Below, piece after piece: positions 1 through 14,321 of a stretch of 64,000 nucleotides of DNA. The stretch covers positions 33,728,001-33,792,000 of the forward strand of contig OX597830.1 in NCBI GenBank assembly GCA_951406725.2. Reading direction: 5' to 3'. Positions within the stretch are counted from its first letter, which is position 1; every line of letters starts with the position of its first letter. The position numbers and the translations under genes were made by a program. The stretch is from Octopus vulgaris. Taxonomy: Eukaryota. The notes below the pieces were generated by a model. The model was not told the origin of the DNA. It saw nothing but the letters and a program-made list of their open reading frames with translations, and searched no databases.

Positions 1-345
1 TGAACATAACAACTTCAAAAGATGGTAAACCCAATACAACAAGCTAAGAAATCATTTGTCCATTTTCTTCTGTGCTTCCACAGTTTAGTGTTACATTTTT
101 TTCTATTGCACAGAACCTATTTTTAGTTTGACAGTGCTTTTTGAACGTTAGGTTCCTTAAGAACAGGCCCATAAATGCTGTTATGGTAGTGGGATATAAA
201 CGGCTAAATTCTTACCTGGTTCTCCTACATCTTATCAATTTAGCTTTCTATGTTCTAAGCTCACAGATCACCAATTCAGATCTGCTGTGCATTTAATTGT
301 TCCTGAGACTTGACAATACAACTTATTCCTCAATGCACTCTTTTA

Positions 346-441
346 AAGCCTAGCTAGGCTCATGGGCCCTGTTTCCTGGTTTCAATGGCATATGTGTTCC
401 CCAGCTGGTTGGGACGCCAGTCCATCACAGCGTTACTCATT
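346..441 (-). mobile_element. Family C SINE 3' tail fragment
   Basis: Aligns by eye with 12298-12393 (ctagc.agg.tcatgggccc.gtttcc.ggtttca.tggc...ccagtccat..cagcgttactca). Confidence 0.65.
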
Positions 442-462
442 TTTTAATTATCTTCCTGGTTT

Positions 463-693
463 GACATCAAGCTGGGCAGCTGGGCAGCTGTCCAGACTCC
501 AACTATCTGTTGTAACATGGTTTCTATGGCTGGATGCCCTTCCTAGTGCCAACAAGCACACACTTTTAAGTGGTTGGCATTAGGAGGGGGCATCAGGCTG
601 TAGAAACCAAACCACAACAGACAGTTAGGTCTCAAACTGTCCAAACCATGCCAGCATAGAAAGCAGATGTTAAACGATGATGACGATGATGAT
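463..693. mobile_element. Two head-to-head fragments of family D (RTE-derived, (GAT)n tail) forming a hairpin
   Basis: 518-553 is the imperfect reverse complement of 573-609. The right copy ends ccatgccagcatagaaagcagatgttaaacgatgatgacgatgatgat. Confidence 0.75.
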
Positions 694-1605
694 GTGCCTA
701 GTGTGGTGCTGTTTCAGGGTAGTGTTGAAGTTGTTTCTAACAGTTTGAACAACTAGATAGAGTCTCTTACCATTGCCTGGTATTGGTTATATATCTATAT
801 AAACATATGTAAAACTATGCAGATATATATATCGGTGCTTGTGAGGAGTCGATCAGGTGCTGACGATATTGTTCGGGTCATGAATAAGAAGAAATGAAGA
901 AGGAAGTACAGTGACTCAAAAGAAAGGAAGCAAAACAACACACAAAAAGAAGAAAAAAGCAAAAAAAACAAAAGAAAATACTGTCTGATTGACAGAATGA
1001 AGAAGACAGAAATGAATAATTACAAAATTAGTAGCAGATAATGAGGAAAAGACAAAACAATGGAAAGAAGATTAATAGCAAGAAATGTAAACAAAGGCAA
1101 GCACACACACACACATGGTAAAAATAGCAGACAAAAACATGAAGGAAATTAGGTGGTAAAATTAAAAGAACCAAATGAATGAAGTTTTGGTTGAAAGAAA
1201 AGCGAAGGAAGACTGGTGAAAATGAAGGAAGATTGATTGTGTACGGATTTCTTTCTTTGTCTCTTATAAAGAAAATAGAAAAAGAAAATGTTAAAAACAA
1301 CAACAAAAAAAAATTAAAAAAAGACAGATTGGAACAAATAAACAAAGAAATAAAGGTAGGAAAGCAAAAGAAAAAAAAAAAGAAACCCAATAAAAATCTT
1401 TCGAATTATTAAGGGAGGAATAATTATATAATTAAAAAAGTGTGTGCGAATGTATGTGTGTATTTATGTGTGCGCCTGTGTGTGTGTGACTAGAAGCAAC
1501 AACAAAACATTTTTAATTATATTTGCTTTTCATTAAACAGTCAGGTGTTTGTGAAATATATAGAACAACATCTTGGTTTTTCACTGCGATGATCAAGGTA
1601 CGGAT

Positions 1606-1800
1606 GAGGTGTGGTGGTGGTGGTGGTGGGGCAAGTGTTGAAGGTGCTAGGGTTGGTTGTAGTTGTAGTGGTTGCGGTGGCGGCGGCGGCGGCGGTGGTG
1701 GTAGTGGTGGTGGTGGGCGGCGGTGGACCGGCGCGGTGCAGTGCAGCGATGTGAGAGGAGTAGGCAAGACAGAGGCGCGGTAGGGTGGAGCAGGGTGGCG
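1606..1800. repeat. GC-rich (GGT/GGC)n low-complexity tract
   Basis: ggtggtggt and ggcggcggc runs; source of the poly-Gly and poly-Pro ORFs. Confidence 0.8.
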
Positions 1801-1875
1801 AGAGTTTGATTTAATGATCAAAATGAATTTCAGCAATAAATCTTTTAAGATGTTTCCCTATCACCATTTATAGCT

Positions 1876-1921
1876 TCATCATCATCATCACCATCATCAC
1901 CATCACTACCATCATCATCAC

Positions 1922-1957
<36 letters not shown>
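1876..1957. repeat. (CAT)n microsatellite
   Basis: Read directly from the sequence. Confidence 0.95.
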
Positions 1958-2367
1958 AGTTGTCTTTCGTGGAAAGGAAGGTGTTGGATTATAAGTTATC
2001 ACTGTATATGTGTCGGTGATGGTGGTGTGGTGATGATTATGTTGGTGTTGGGTGTGCGTCAGGTGAAGTGAGGTGATGTTGGCTGTTTACTTAGTTTCCA
2101 TTTGTTTGTATTTTTTCTTCCTTAGAGTTTTTTTTTTAATAATTTGTTTATTTTATCATTATTTTGCTTTTTGCTGATTGTTTTGTTTTAATGTTATTTC
2201 ATTTTAATTTAATTTACTTATTAATTTAAATATTTTCCATTCTTAAGTTTTATCTTAATTGATTGGGTCAGTAATTTCAGAAGTTAATTCATCTATGTGA
2301 GAAGAGAATCACACAAATTAACTAATGAATGCTTTTCAAAATTAAGCAAAGGGCAATATACACACAC

Positions 2368-2398
<31 letters not shown>

Positions 2399-2771
2399 TA
2401 TATAAATGTGTGTATATATAAATGTGTATGCGTGTTTATATAAATGAATATATATATATGAATCTATATCTTTATGTATATATATATATATATATATATG
2501 TTTGTATGTATATATGTATATGTATCTATATGTATATAGGCATGGCTGAGAGGTTAAGAAGTTCGTTTCACAACCTTATGGAGTCAGGTTCATACCTATT
2601 GTGGCAACTTGGTTGAGTTTTTCCTTCTACTCCTCTGAATCAAGTTTTGTAAGTTTGGTAGACAGAAATTGAAAGGACTCATCAATTACATATATGTGTG
2701 TGTGTGTGCATGTGTATGAGTGTGTGTCTGTCTGTATATATATATCATCATCATCATCATCATCATCATCG

Positions 2772-3275
2772 TGACTGCAGCCATGCTGGAGCACCAACAT
2801 CAGTTGTCAGGTGATGGTGGAGGGAGAGACGCAGACACACTCACAAATATATACATATGAATATATACTCATTTACTCTTTTTCTTGTTTCAGTCATTTG
2901 ACTGTGGCCATGTGTCTGTGTTTGTTCCCCTAACATTGCTTGACAATCGATGCTGGTGTGTTTACATCCCCGTAACTTAGTGGTACAGCAAAAGAGACCG
3001 ATAGAATAAGTACTAGGCTTGCAAAGAATAAGTCCTGGGGTCGATTTGCTCGACTAAAGGTGGTGCTCCAGTATGGCATGGCCACAGTCAAATGACTGAA
3101 ACAGGTAATGATGATATATATATATATGGTAAGCTTCTTTCAGTTTTCATCTATCAGATCTGGTCACAAAATTTTGGTTGGCTTTCAGCTATAGCAAATG
3201 GCACTCACATGATGAGAGTCATTCCCAAGTCTGCATGGCTGGGAAGTAAATTTCTTAACCACTCAGTTACGCTTC
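2772..3275. mobile_element. Cluster of family A SINE fragments in both orientations
   Basis: Minus-strand tails at 2772-2850 and 2872-2911, a plus-strand body and tail at 2912-3107, and a minus-strand head at about 3125-3275. Confidence 0.75.
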
Positions 3276-3626
3276 TACCCGTGTATCTTCATCATAAAAA
3301 TCCCCTTTTTCATGTTTGCCTGGATGAGAGGGAATTTATTGAGGTAACTTTTTTTATGTCTGGATGCTTTTTGCTTTACAAACCCTTGTCTGTTTCTAAG
3401 CAAGCAAATATTTCCAGTCGGACAAGGAAGGAGATTGGGGAGAGTTAGAGAGAAAGATAGAGACAGTCAGAGTGAGAGAGAAGGCTTGCTGACAGGGAAC
3501 AGTGGGGATTAGTGTGAGTAATACAAAGGGGATTAAGGGAGAATGTTCCATGAGAGTGTGAGAGGGGAATATTTAGAGATAGCAGGCAATGATGAGAGGA
3601 GTTGGAGTAGCTGGGAAGTGAATATG

Positions 3627-3844
3627 TATTTCTTTACTACCCACAAGGGGACAAACAAGGACAGACAAGCGAATTAAGTTGATTACATCGACTCCAGTGT
3701 GTAACTGGTACTTAATTCATCAACCCCAAAAGGATGAAAGGCAAAGTTGACCTCGGTGGAATTTGAACTCAGAGCATAACAGCAGACGAAATACAGCTAC
3801 GCAATTCACCCGGCGTGCTAACATTTCTGCCAGCTCGCTGCCTT
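3627..3844 (-). mobile_element. Family B tRNA-derived SINE (Meta/Sauria-like central domain)
   Basis: Head aaggcagcgagctggcaga, B-box gagttcaaattcc, core gcctttcatcctttt. Perfect 16-bp TSD ctgggaagtgaatatg at 3611-3626 and 3845-3860. Confidence 0.92.
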
Positions 3845-4109
3845 CTGGGAAGTGAATATGATTTATATGTAAAGGTATGGCGGGTGTGTAGATTGGCACG
3901 TGAGGGAGAGTGAAGGGCCCTACAGTGGATGGTGGAGATGTTGGGAAGGTGGATTGTGGGGGAGTTTCACCTGATTAAAAAAAAATGAAAAGAACTAAGA
4001 ACATTTTATACCCTAAATATTGCAATACATATTGAGAAAGTTACTGATTAGGAAAATAACTCAGAATAATTGTGAAATTAGTGAAATATTTAAAAAAAAA
4101 CAGCAAATA

Positions 4110-4323
4110 GGCGTAAGAGTGGCTGTGTGTTAAGTAGCTTGCTTACGAATCACATGGTTCCGGGTTCAGTCCCACCGTGTGGCACCTTGGGCAAGTGTCT
4201 TCTACTATAGCCTCAGGCCTTGTGAGTGGATTTAGTAGACAGAAACTGAAAAAAACCCATCGTATATATGTATATATATATATATATATTATTATTATAT
4301 TATATATTTATCATTCATTTTAT

Positions 4324-4354
<31 letters not shown>

Positions 4355-4413
4355 GGTTTATGTCTATGACTGTTTGAGTTGCATAATAGTGGTTTTATCT
4401 CTAATTCATGTTT

Positions 4414-4457
<44 letters not shown>

Positions 4458-4666
4458 TTTGTGTGTCTGTGTTTGTTCCCCCAACATCGCTTGACAACTA
4501 ATGGTAGTGTGTTTACGTTTCCATAACTTAGCAATTTCGCAAAAGAGACCGATAGAATAAGTACTAGGCTTACAAAAGAATAAGTCCTGTGGTTGATTTC
4601 TTCAACTAAAGGCAGTGCTCCAGCATGGCCACAGTCAAATGACTGAAACAAATAAAAGAGTAAAAG
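4110..4666 (+). mobile_element. Family A tRNA-derived SINE, full length (probably octopus OK-like)
   Basis: A-box tggctgtgtg, B-box ggttcagtccc, internal (TA)n/(TG)n, tail gtgctccagcatggccacagtcaaatgactgaaaca..taaaagag. Confidence 0.9.
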
Positions 4667-5457
4667 GCAGCATACTTTCTGAGAAAATAACAAAACCGCA
4701 ACAGTAAAATTTAACATGATTATATGTCTAATTTATATGTCTAATTATATTTTGTATATTTTTCTGAAGTTTAACTTGAACTATGCTCTGAATTGCTTGA
4801 ATGCAAAACATTTGAGTGAAACAACATTCTCAAACTAACTGAAAATAATCAACATATTTTTGAAAGCAACTTAGTCATGTAGTTTGTAGGATTTATTTCT
4901 TTTTAAGTATTAATAGATCCATCTAAGACCAGGTATTCTTGTTAGGGTAAAATAAAATTAGCTGCTTCGAAACTCAACAAAATATCAGTTGTGAGTTTAA
5001 ATTTGCTTTCCATGAGCAAGTAGTTGGATCGGATACTTTTATGTATTTGGTCATTTCAGTTCAACAAAGATAAATATTTATTTATTTATCCTTCACAGTG
5101 GCATGAAAGATAGTCGATGATATTGACTGTTTCTCAATATTTTATCAGAAATAGGTATCAATAGTCAATAAAGATAAGCCTTATTAATCTCCCACAGAGG
5201 AAGAAAAACAAAGGTTTTGATTAATGATTCTTGACTGATAGATAAATTGGGACCAAATATATACTTGGCTCAAAATAACTGTTCATTCAGATCAGTCATA
5301 CCTACCGTTATGGACAGAGGGATTTAGGTTGACTGCAAAAAGTTAATAAAACAGTTTATCGCTATTATACAGTGTCTGCAGCAATGGTACACTTGAACCA
5401 GCATCGAACACTTTTGTGTATGTAGGTGCAACAGGCTTTTGTCAACAGAACTTTTAC

Positions 5458-6085
5458 CTACTTGCTTAAGGTCTTTGTCCTTCTTGGAGCAAAGGCCATC
5501 AGTAACTTTTCTCCACCATTCTCAACTCAAGGCTGCCTTTTCTGCTTCATTCCAGTTAGATCCCTGCTTATTTCGGTTCTGACTCACTGACTCACTTCCA
5601 CCACATCAGACATGGTCTCGAGAGCCTATATTCAGACATGGTCTCTTTTGCCAAACATGGATGCCAATATGGCTATGTGGTCAACAAGTTCACTCCACTA
5701 CCTCTTTTCTGCCTCCCTTGTGGACCCCAGGTCAGGGCCTGATGTATTATGTAGAATATTGGTTGCCTTCAGGTGTGACCAAGCCATCCTTTTCGATTGT
5801 GCTGAACTGTGTCATATGTTTCCCCGAGGGATGATGTTCCTTTCACAGATCTTTTCAGTTTTGAATTGTCATCGATGTTTCTGTAACTTTGCTGTTTTCT
5901 AGGTAGGGGTATTGGCCCCACGCGACCTCATTTTGACCTCTGGGAAGAGGTGGTCCATATTAGTTTGGCCTTTATCTTTTGAGCCATCCAGGTTGGGTGG
6001 GCTTACCTGGAACTTGCACTCCACATGTGTATCTCTCTGAGTCATTGTGACACATAAGCCACCATATCCCAAGGAGAACTTCAAT
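5458..6085 (-). mobile_element. Internally deleted RTE-clade LINE (ORF C-terminus plus 5'-UTR-like part)
   Basis: Minus strand reads KQGSNWNEAEKAALS*EWWRKVTDGLCSKKDKDLK, an RTE-type C-terminus. 5900-6080 resembles RTE 5' leaders. Confidence 0.65.
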
Positions 6086-6164
6086 GGGTCATAAATGCAA
6101 AAATGATATTTTGTAATGTTTCATGGCATTTGTCAGTATCATCACTTCTTCTGTTGTATTCTTT

Positions 6165-6909
6165 TATTCTTTTATGCTTTTATTTGTTTCAGTCATTTGA
6201 CTGTAGCCATGCTGGAGCACTGCCTTTAGTTGAACAAATCAACCCCAGGACTTATTCTTTGTAAGCCTAGCACTCTTATTCCATCAGTCTTTTTCACCAA
6301 ACCACTAAGTTGCAATAGAATAAGTACAAGGCTTCCAAAGAATAAAGGAATAGTGACAAAGGGATGGAAGTGATAATTTTTCCAAATAGCACCCTGCAGG
6401 CTGCGATGGCCAATGAAATAGAAGCAATCCTTTATCTTTTATCTTTTACTTGATTCTCTCATTAGACCACAGCCATACTGGACCATGGTCTTGAAGAACT
6501 TTTTTCGGTCGAATGAATTAGTCCCAGTAATTTCTTTTATTTAAAGCCTCCTACTGATTTTATCGGTCTCTTTTGCTAAACCACGAGATTATGGGGATGT
6601 AAACACACCAACACTAGTTGTCAAGCTGTTGTGGAGAACAACACAGACACAAAAATACACACAGATACATACATACTAACATACATACATACATACATAC
6701 ACACACAGACACACGCACACACATATATATGTATATATATATATGTATGGATGTATGTATGTATGTATGTATGCATGAATGTATGTATGTATGTATCCAC
6801 TCACAAAGCTTTTGGTCAGCACAAGGCTATAGTAGAAGACAGTTACCCAAGGTGCTGCACAGTGGAATTGAACCTGAAACCATGTGATTAGGAAGCAAAC
6901 TTCTTACCA
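6165..6909 (-). mobile_element. Two family A SINE copies (tail at 6165-6310; degenerate copy at 6433-6909)
   Basis: tttcagtcatttgactgtagccatgctggagcac tail; head caaggtgctgcacagtggaattgaacctgaaaccatgtg. Confidence 0.8.
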
Positions 6910-7749
6910 TGGTACCAGATATGTCATGGCCTGGTACTGGTCTATAGCCCAATGTTTGGGAACCCCTGGCCAAATGGTTTGTGAGACATTTGGCCATTGT
7001 TTTGATTAAATTGAGTTTTAGCTATATAGAATATTTCTTGAGTGGTCATTCAGAAAAGCATTTGTTGTATCCATGTCCAAAATCCAAGGGAAGAAAATGA
7101 AGAAAAAGAAAGAATTTTTTAGTCAGAAGGTTACATCTAATACACCTCCAAACAATGTAGTGTGACATTAGGAGTGGTAGAAATTGAACCTAACTCTCTT
7201 GATATGACATCAGGCTCTTGTGGAACAATATCGCAGTGACTCATTCGGACAAGTAAAAAGAAAAACTTATTTTTATAATATAAAAAAAAATAAGCTCTAA
7301 TAAAAAAAAATGAAAGAAACTATAGATTCAGAAATGTAATTGAGACAAAAACCAAAATGTAATTAAAAAATATATATATATAAATAAAATAAACCAAGAT
7401 AAAAACAAAATAAAGTGAATTATTCTGATGTTCTAAGTGAAATAAATGATGGCAGTGGTTGGTTATGGGTTTATGTTGTGTGTATTGAGAAATGGTTGCC
7501 CTCATAGACGTTGGCTGCAGTAGAAATGTACTAAAGAACTCTAAAGTGGGGACGATTGTGAGATGGGTTTGGAGAGGGTGTGAGGCAGAGGAAGGGTCAT
7601 AAGGATGAAGGAAAAAAAATGATCCCCCATACACCTCAAAAAAAAAAAAAAGAAATTTCTATGAAAAGAAATGACCAAAAAAGAGAAAAATTCCAAAAAC
7701 AGTACGACAGAGGGAAAAAAACAACTTCTGAACCATAGTAACGGAATCA

Positions 7750-7800
7750 TATACATACATGCATATATATATATATATGTATGTGTGTTATATGTATGTG

Positions 7801-7891
<91 letters not shown>

Positions 7892-8247
7892 GATATGAGA
7901 ATCTGCCTGCAGAATAATTGTTTGAATCTGTCTTCAACGGACTGTAAAGCAATACAATGTACACAACAGAGAGACGGTGAATTTGGGGGATAGCAGGAGG
8001 AGGCAACACCATAGGAGAATGTTGGGAGAGGGTGATGAGTAGGAGGTGAGATGATGTTGCAGAGCAGTAGGAGGAAGTGGAGGACAATTATTCAAAAGAA
8101 AAATCCAATTTGTTTATAATTCACTTTGAAAGAAAGTTTGTGTGTGTTTGGTATGTACTTATATATATATATATGTACGTAAGGTATGTATATATATATA
8201 TATATGTACGTATGGTATGTATATATATATATGTATATATATGTATA

Positions 8248-8324
<77 letters not shown>

Positions 8325-8411
8325 ATTTGCTGATGTAAATGTATATATTTGTAAGCCTGTATCTACTGGTAAGAAATTAAAAATGTGTTTTTATCTATCT
8401 TTCTATCTATC

Positions 8412-8474
<63 letters not shown>

Positions 8475-9170
8475 ACTAGTGCATGTGTATGTATTTATAT
8501 ATATATATATTAGTGCATATGTAGGTATATATATTTGTATGTATGAGTGTATATCTATGTATATATTTGCCTCTGTATGTGTGTGTGTGTATATATATAT
8601 GGGTGTGTGTGTGAGTGTGTGTGTCTGTGTATGTCTACATATTAAATCTATTCATGTGTTGTATATACGTGTGTTTGTCATTTCATTTAATATAAATTTT
8701 AGTCTATGAATCTGTATATGTCTCATACATACATACATACATAAACACACACATACACACACACATATATATAATTCCATTATTGATCTTTTATTTTGTT
8801 GTTCTACTTCACTATTTTTTAATCCATTAAGAATTAAGTTTTTCCTTAACAAATACAGACAAATATTGTGTTGAGCTCAGATGGGAATTTTGAGCCTATT
8901 TAAGCAAGGTACTTAACTCATATAATATACATACATACATACATACATACATACACACATATATATAACTATATATGTATATATATACATATACATATAT
9001 ATGTGCGTGTGTGTGCGTGTGTGTGTGTATTTGTATTTATGTGTGTATATATATGTGTATGTATATATATATGTGTATATATATGTATGTGTATATATAT
9101 GTATGTATATGCATATGCACACATACATACACACACACACGTATGTATACATACACACAGTGGGCATAGT
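7750..9170. repeat. Cluster of (TA)n, (TG)n and (TACA)n microsatellites
   Basis: Read directly; explains the YIYI and VCVC ORFs. Confidence 0.9.
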
Positions 9171-9743
9171 CATATAGGTTTAGTGTTTTATATATACATA
9201 AATGTGTGCACTATATTTCTTTATGTGCACTATATTTGTCCTACACTGTTTCTGTCATTCACACACTTATAACAACCATTGTCATATGCATTACTTACAT
9301 ACATACATACATACATGCATACATAACCATAGACATACGTTTATGCAGTGTGTATATTGAAACAATACAAATCAATGATGTATGTGTGTTATCACATATA
9401 TGATATTCTATATATTATTGATATTAACTTGTACAATTTCTCTTTGACTTCATTCATACATCTACATTCATGGAGACACTTGCATACAATCCCCAAAAAG
9501 CATACAATCATGGCATACACAGAAATACATACATACTAATACTCACAGAAATGCATACATTTTAACACTCATAAAAATATTTACATATTTAATCGTACAA
9601 ATAATGCATAAATGCCAACATCTGTATTCCTAACCATATACACTAGTATGTGTACATTTTTTTGTATGATGTTTATTAGTATACATGTTTAGATATTTAA
9701 ATATAAATATAAATGCCCGTGAATTATATATACTCATTTTTGG

Positions 9744-9784
<41 letters not shown>

Positions 9785-9785
9785 A

Positions 9786-9854
<69 letters not shown>

Positions 9855-9864
9855 CATCTATCTA

Positions 9865-9939
<75 letters not shown>

Positions 9940-9945
9940 TTATCC

Positions 9946-10023
<78 letters not shown>
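9744..10023. repeat. (TCTA)n microsatellite
   Basis: Read directly from the sequence. Confidence 0.97.
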
Positions 10024-10895
10024 TGGTTTGTCTGTCTGTTGCTTGGTCAGTCAGTCTGTTTGTTGTTGGTCTATTCATTTGTTAATCAGTTGGTCAATCT
10101 CTCTGTCTGGTCGTCTGCTTGTCTATCAGTTCGTGTGTCTGACTATCTGTCTATATGCTGGTCTATTTGCTTGTCTGTTGTTGGTCTATTTTCTCTGCCA
10201 GTCAGTTGGTCAATCTGTCTGTCTGGTCGTCTGCCAGTCTATCAGTTCATGTGTCTGACTATTTGTCTATATGCTGGTCTATTTGCTTGTCTGTTGTTGG
10301 TCTATTTTGTCTGTCAGTTAGTTGGTCAATCTGTCTATTGCTGGTCTATTTGTTTGTCTGTTATTGGTTGGTCTGTTGGTTGGTCAATCTGTCTGGTCGT
10401 CTGCCAGTCTATCAGTTCATGTGTCTGACTATCTGTCTATATGCTGGTCTATTTGCTTGTCTGTTGCTGGTCCATTTGTCTGTCAGTTAGTTGGTCAATC
10501 TGTCTGCCTGGTCGTCTGCCAGTCTATCAGTTCCTGTGTCTGACTTTCTGTCTATATGCTGGTCTATTTGTTTGTCTGTTGTTGGTCTATTTGTCTGTCA
10601 GTCAGTTGGTCAATCTGTCTGTCTGGTCGTCTGCCAGTCTATCAGTTCATGTGTCTGACTATCTGTCTATATGGTGGTCTATTTGCTTGTCTGTTGTTGT
10701 ATATATGATGGTCTATTTGTTGTCTGTCAGTCAGTTGGTCAATCTGTCTATTGCTGGTCGTCTGCCAGTCTATCAGTTCCTGTGTCTGACTATCTGTCTA
10801 TTGCTGGTCTATTTGTTTGTCTGTTATTGGTTAGTCTGTTGGTTGGTCCGTCAGTCAGTCAGTTGGTCTATCTATCAGTCAGTCAATCTATCTGT
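10024..10895. repeat. Complex minisatellite with a unit of about 116 bp
   Basis: Unit cagttggtcaatctgtctgtctggtcgtctgccagtctatcagttcatgtgtctgactatctgtctatatgctggtctatttgcttgtctgttgttggtctattt recurs about 6 times, plus partial units. Confidence 0.9.
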
Positions 10896-11274
10896 ATGTG
10901 GATACACACACAGAGAAATACATTTATTAAAAATTAAAAGTGCCTGTTAAAGACAAATGTATATCTGCACATATTTAATTATCTAAATACAAATATAGAT
11001 GTACTCAGACAAATCAATGTTTGGTCATGCATGCACATACGGTGCATACACACATACACACACACACACACACAAACTCATTCCTTTATACATACGCATT
11101 TGCCGTATTCCCTACCAACATCGTTTTGTCCTTGTTATGAGTCCCAAATGAAAAAGTAGGAAATGGATAACAAACATACAGAAAAATGCACATACACAAA
11201 CAAAAGCATAAGTGAAAATGTGTTTGTGTGTGTGCACTGAAATTGTATCTGAAAAAAGAATTAAATATTAAATC

Positions 11275-11669
<395 letters not shown>

Positions 11670-12291
11670 GAAAGAAAAAAAATGACATTAATTCAAACAA
11701 AAATCTGCAAAAATATACACAAAGAAAAGCAAATAAAATAAATAAAACAAACAACAATAATAAAAATCAGTCATTAAAGTATCGGTATTGATTTTAATGT
11801 TTTAGGTTATCTAAAATATATCTAAAATATAACAATATCAGATGAAGACTAATGTTGTTATTTTTTTCATTAAGTACTGTTTTTAAAGACTCTGATATCC
11901 TATATAAAAAAATTCTGATATATATATGTAAGTATATATATATATATAGCAATACATATATATGCGTGTGTGTGTGTATGTGTGTATTCTGTTGGTGCTA
12001 AGACTTATACCTTATTGTTTTGGATGAAATTCTACTGCAGTCTTCATCAACACAAAGCAACCTAGCAGTGTCTATTCCACTCAGTGCTCTCGTGTAAGCA
12101 TCAAAGTAGAAATGAGCTGGTTTAGTGGATATGGTATTGGACTAACATTGTTCGTGTTTTGAGTTCAAATGAGTTTAAATCCACTCCAAGTGTTACATGG
12201 TTTATTTATAAAAAGGAAAAGAAAAGACCTTAAAGACATCGCTATATGGGAAGGTGGGAAGTAAATATAGCAACTATATTAAAAACTCACC

Positions 12292-12835
12292 CTTTTCAAG
12301 TCTAGCCAGGGTCATGGGCCCGGTTTCCCGGTTTCAGTGGCGTATTTGTTCTCCCCAACTGAACGAGACACCAGTCCATTGCAGCGTTACTCAATAAACA
12401 GAAAAAGAAAGTGAAAGAAAGTTGTGGTGAAAGAGTACAACAGGGGTCACCACCACCACTTGCCAGAGCCTCGTGGAGCTTTTAGGTGTTTTTGCTCAAT
12501 AAACACACACAATGCCCGGTCTGGAAATCGAAACCGCGATCCTCCGACTGCAAGCCCACTGCCTTAACCTATTTCTTATTTCTTTACTAGCCACAAGGGG
12601 CTAAACACAGAAGGGATAAACAAGGATAGACAAACGGATCAAGTCGATTATATCGACCCCAGTGCATAACTGGTACTTATTTAATCAACCCCGAAAAGAT
12701 GAAAGGCAAAGTCGACCTCAGAGGAATTGGAACTCAGAACATAATGGCAGACGAAATACGGCTACGCATTTCGCCCGGCGTGCAAACGTTTCTGCCAGCT
12801 CGCTGCCTTAATCACTGGGCCATTGTGTCTCCACA
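12292..12835 (-). mobile_element. Family C SINE (tRNA-Arg-like head, OR-like), interrupted by a family B SINE
   Basis: Head tgtggagacacaatggcccagtg...ggtttcgatttcc on the minus strand; body matches 53699-53890. Confidence 0.85.
12570..12809 (-). mobile_element. Family B SINE nested in the head of a family C SINE
   Basis: Full head-to-tail match with 3627-3844 and 29064-29297. Confidence 0.9.
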
Positions 12836-13285
12836 GCAACTATATTAGAAGTGCTTAATTCTAGAAGGCTCTTAGGTTAGTGGTTAGAGTTTTGCTCTCA
12901 TGGTCATGATCTCATGAGTTCGATTATTGGACCAAATTGCCACATGTTGAAGTGATTGCAGAGCAACATTAGATGCAATGCTTTGCTCAAGAACACAAAA
13001 GACATGTGGCACACTGTGCACTTGCACAGGCAATGTTGGTTTGATGCGGTGGTAGTGGTGGAGGAAATGAGCTGATGTACTGCACCAATGTTTAATCACT
13101 ATAGACACATTATCTTGGCAGGCTGCTCAGCAAGAAATTCCAGGAGTGTCTTTCTTGAACTCAGAAGTCTGCCATGAATTAATAATTAATTCTGCTTAGT
13201 GTCCTGAAGAATTATCCAACTGACTTCGGAAATGCAACTTGATACAGGTTGGCCACCTTTCTAGAGAATGAGTTTTGCACCTTAA

Positions 13286-13675
13286 CTCTTTCGCTACTGT
13301 ATTTATTTTGAGATGCTCTGTGTTTTTTTCATTTACTTTAAATATAACAAAAAATTTAGTAAAATAATTTAGTTATCATTAAGCTAGTGCTAGGAACATA
13401 AATTGTAAGTAAGGTTTGGTTGAAGATTTTAATTCAGAACTTATGAAAACAAGACATTTGTACTATAGAGCCAGAGGTAGTTTTAGTCAGGTTGATATCA
13501 AAAGGGTCAAATACAACAAAGAATTTAATAAAATAACCTAGTTATCATTAAGCTTCTGTTAGGAACATAAATTGTGACTAAGGTTTGGTGGAAGATTTTA
13601 ATTCAGAACTTATGAAACCAAGACATTTTTACTACAGAGCCAGAGTTGGTTTCAGCCAGGTTGGTAACAAAAGGG
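13286..13675. mobile_element. piggyBac-like MITE with a duplication of about 169 bp that includes the right end
   Basis: TTAA|ctctttcgctac ... gtaacaaaaggg|TTAA; 13341-13509 is repeated at 13510-13679. Confidence 0.8.
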
Positions 13676-14321
13676 TTAAATATTGTTTTGTCATTGCTTT
13701 CTTCTGACCATAGATTGTAACCATTCTGGGGCACTGCTTGAAGGATTTTAACTGACCATGTTGTGCACCCACCCCTATACTTATTTTCTGATATAGGTAC
13801 TTATATCAATCCCTGTTTGTCAAGCTTCTGTCATGAGCTGTTAACTGTACTTAACTGTTGTCATGATAGACATTGAATGAAGGATAAGAGACGATGGTAG
13901 GTGAGTTGGGTTCTGACTGCGTATAACAGATGCACAACACTTGTGAAGAATTAACAGAATTTTATTTCACTGCACAACTATTTTTCCATGTTGGTCATGA
14001 ATAAAAAATGTGACAACAAAGTTTACACACTGGAAAGGACAATTTCTGTGGCTCTTATGAATAGTTGATTAAAAAGCTTCTGTAATTAAGCTGTCAAAAC
14101 AGGAGGAAATTTACTCACTGAGGTTCATGTCAGTAAACTGTTGCGGCTTTCTACGATAAGTAAGAGTCATCACAATGACTGTTAAAGACAGCAAAAGGAA
14201 AATGTGGTTAGCTTATTTGCAGGTGGCTACAAAGCTGAAGTTTGGTGTTCAAAATGTGTCTATTTATAAGCTTTGTAAAGGAACATTCAAGTAGCTTCTA
14301 GAAAGATGCATCACATGATGT

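Noticed and set aside
3420-3970. Purine-rich stretch possibly from an old retroelement
   Set aside because: No convincing protein motif in the frames examined.
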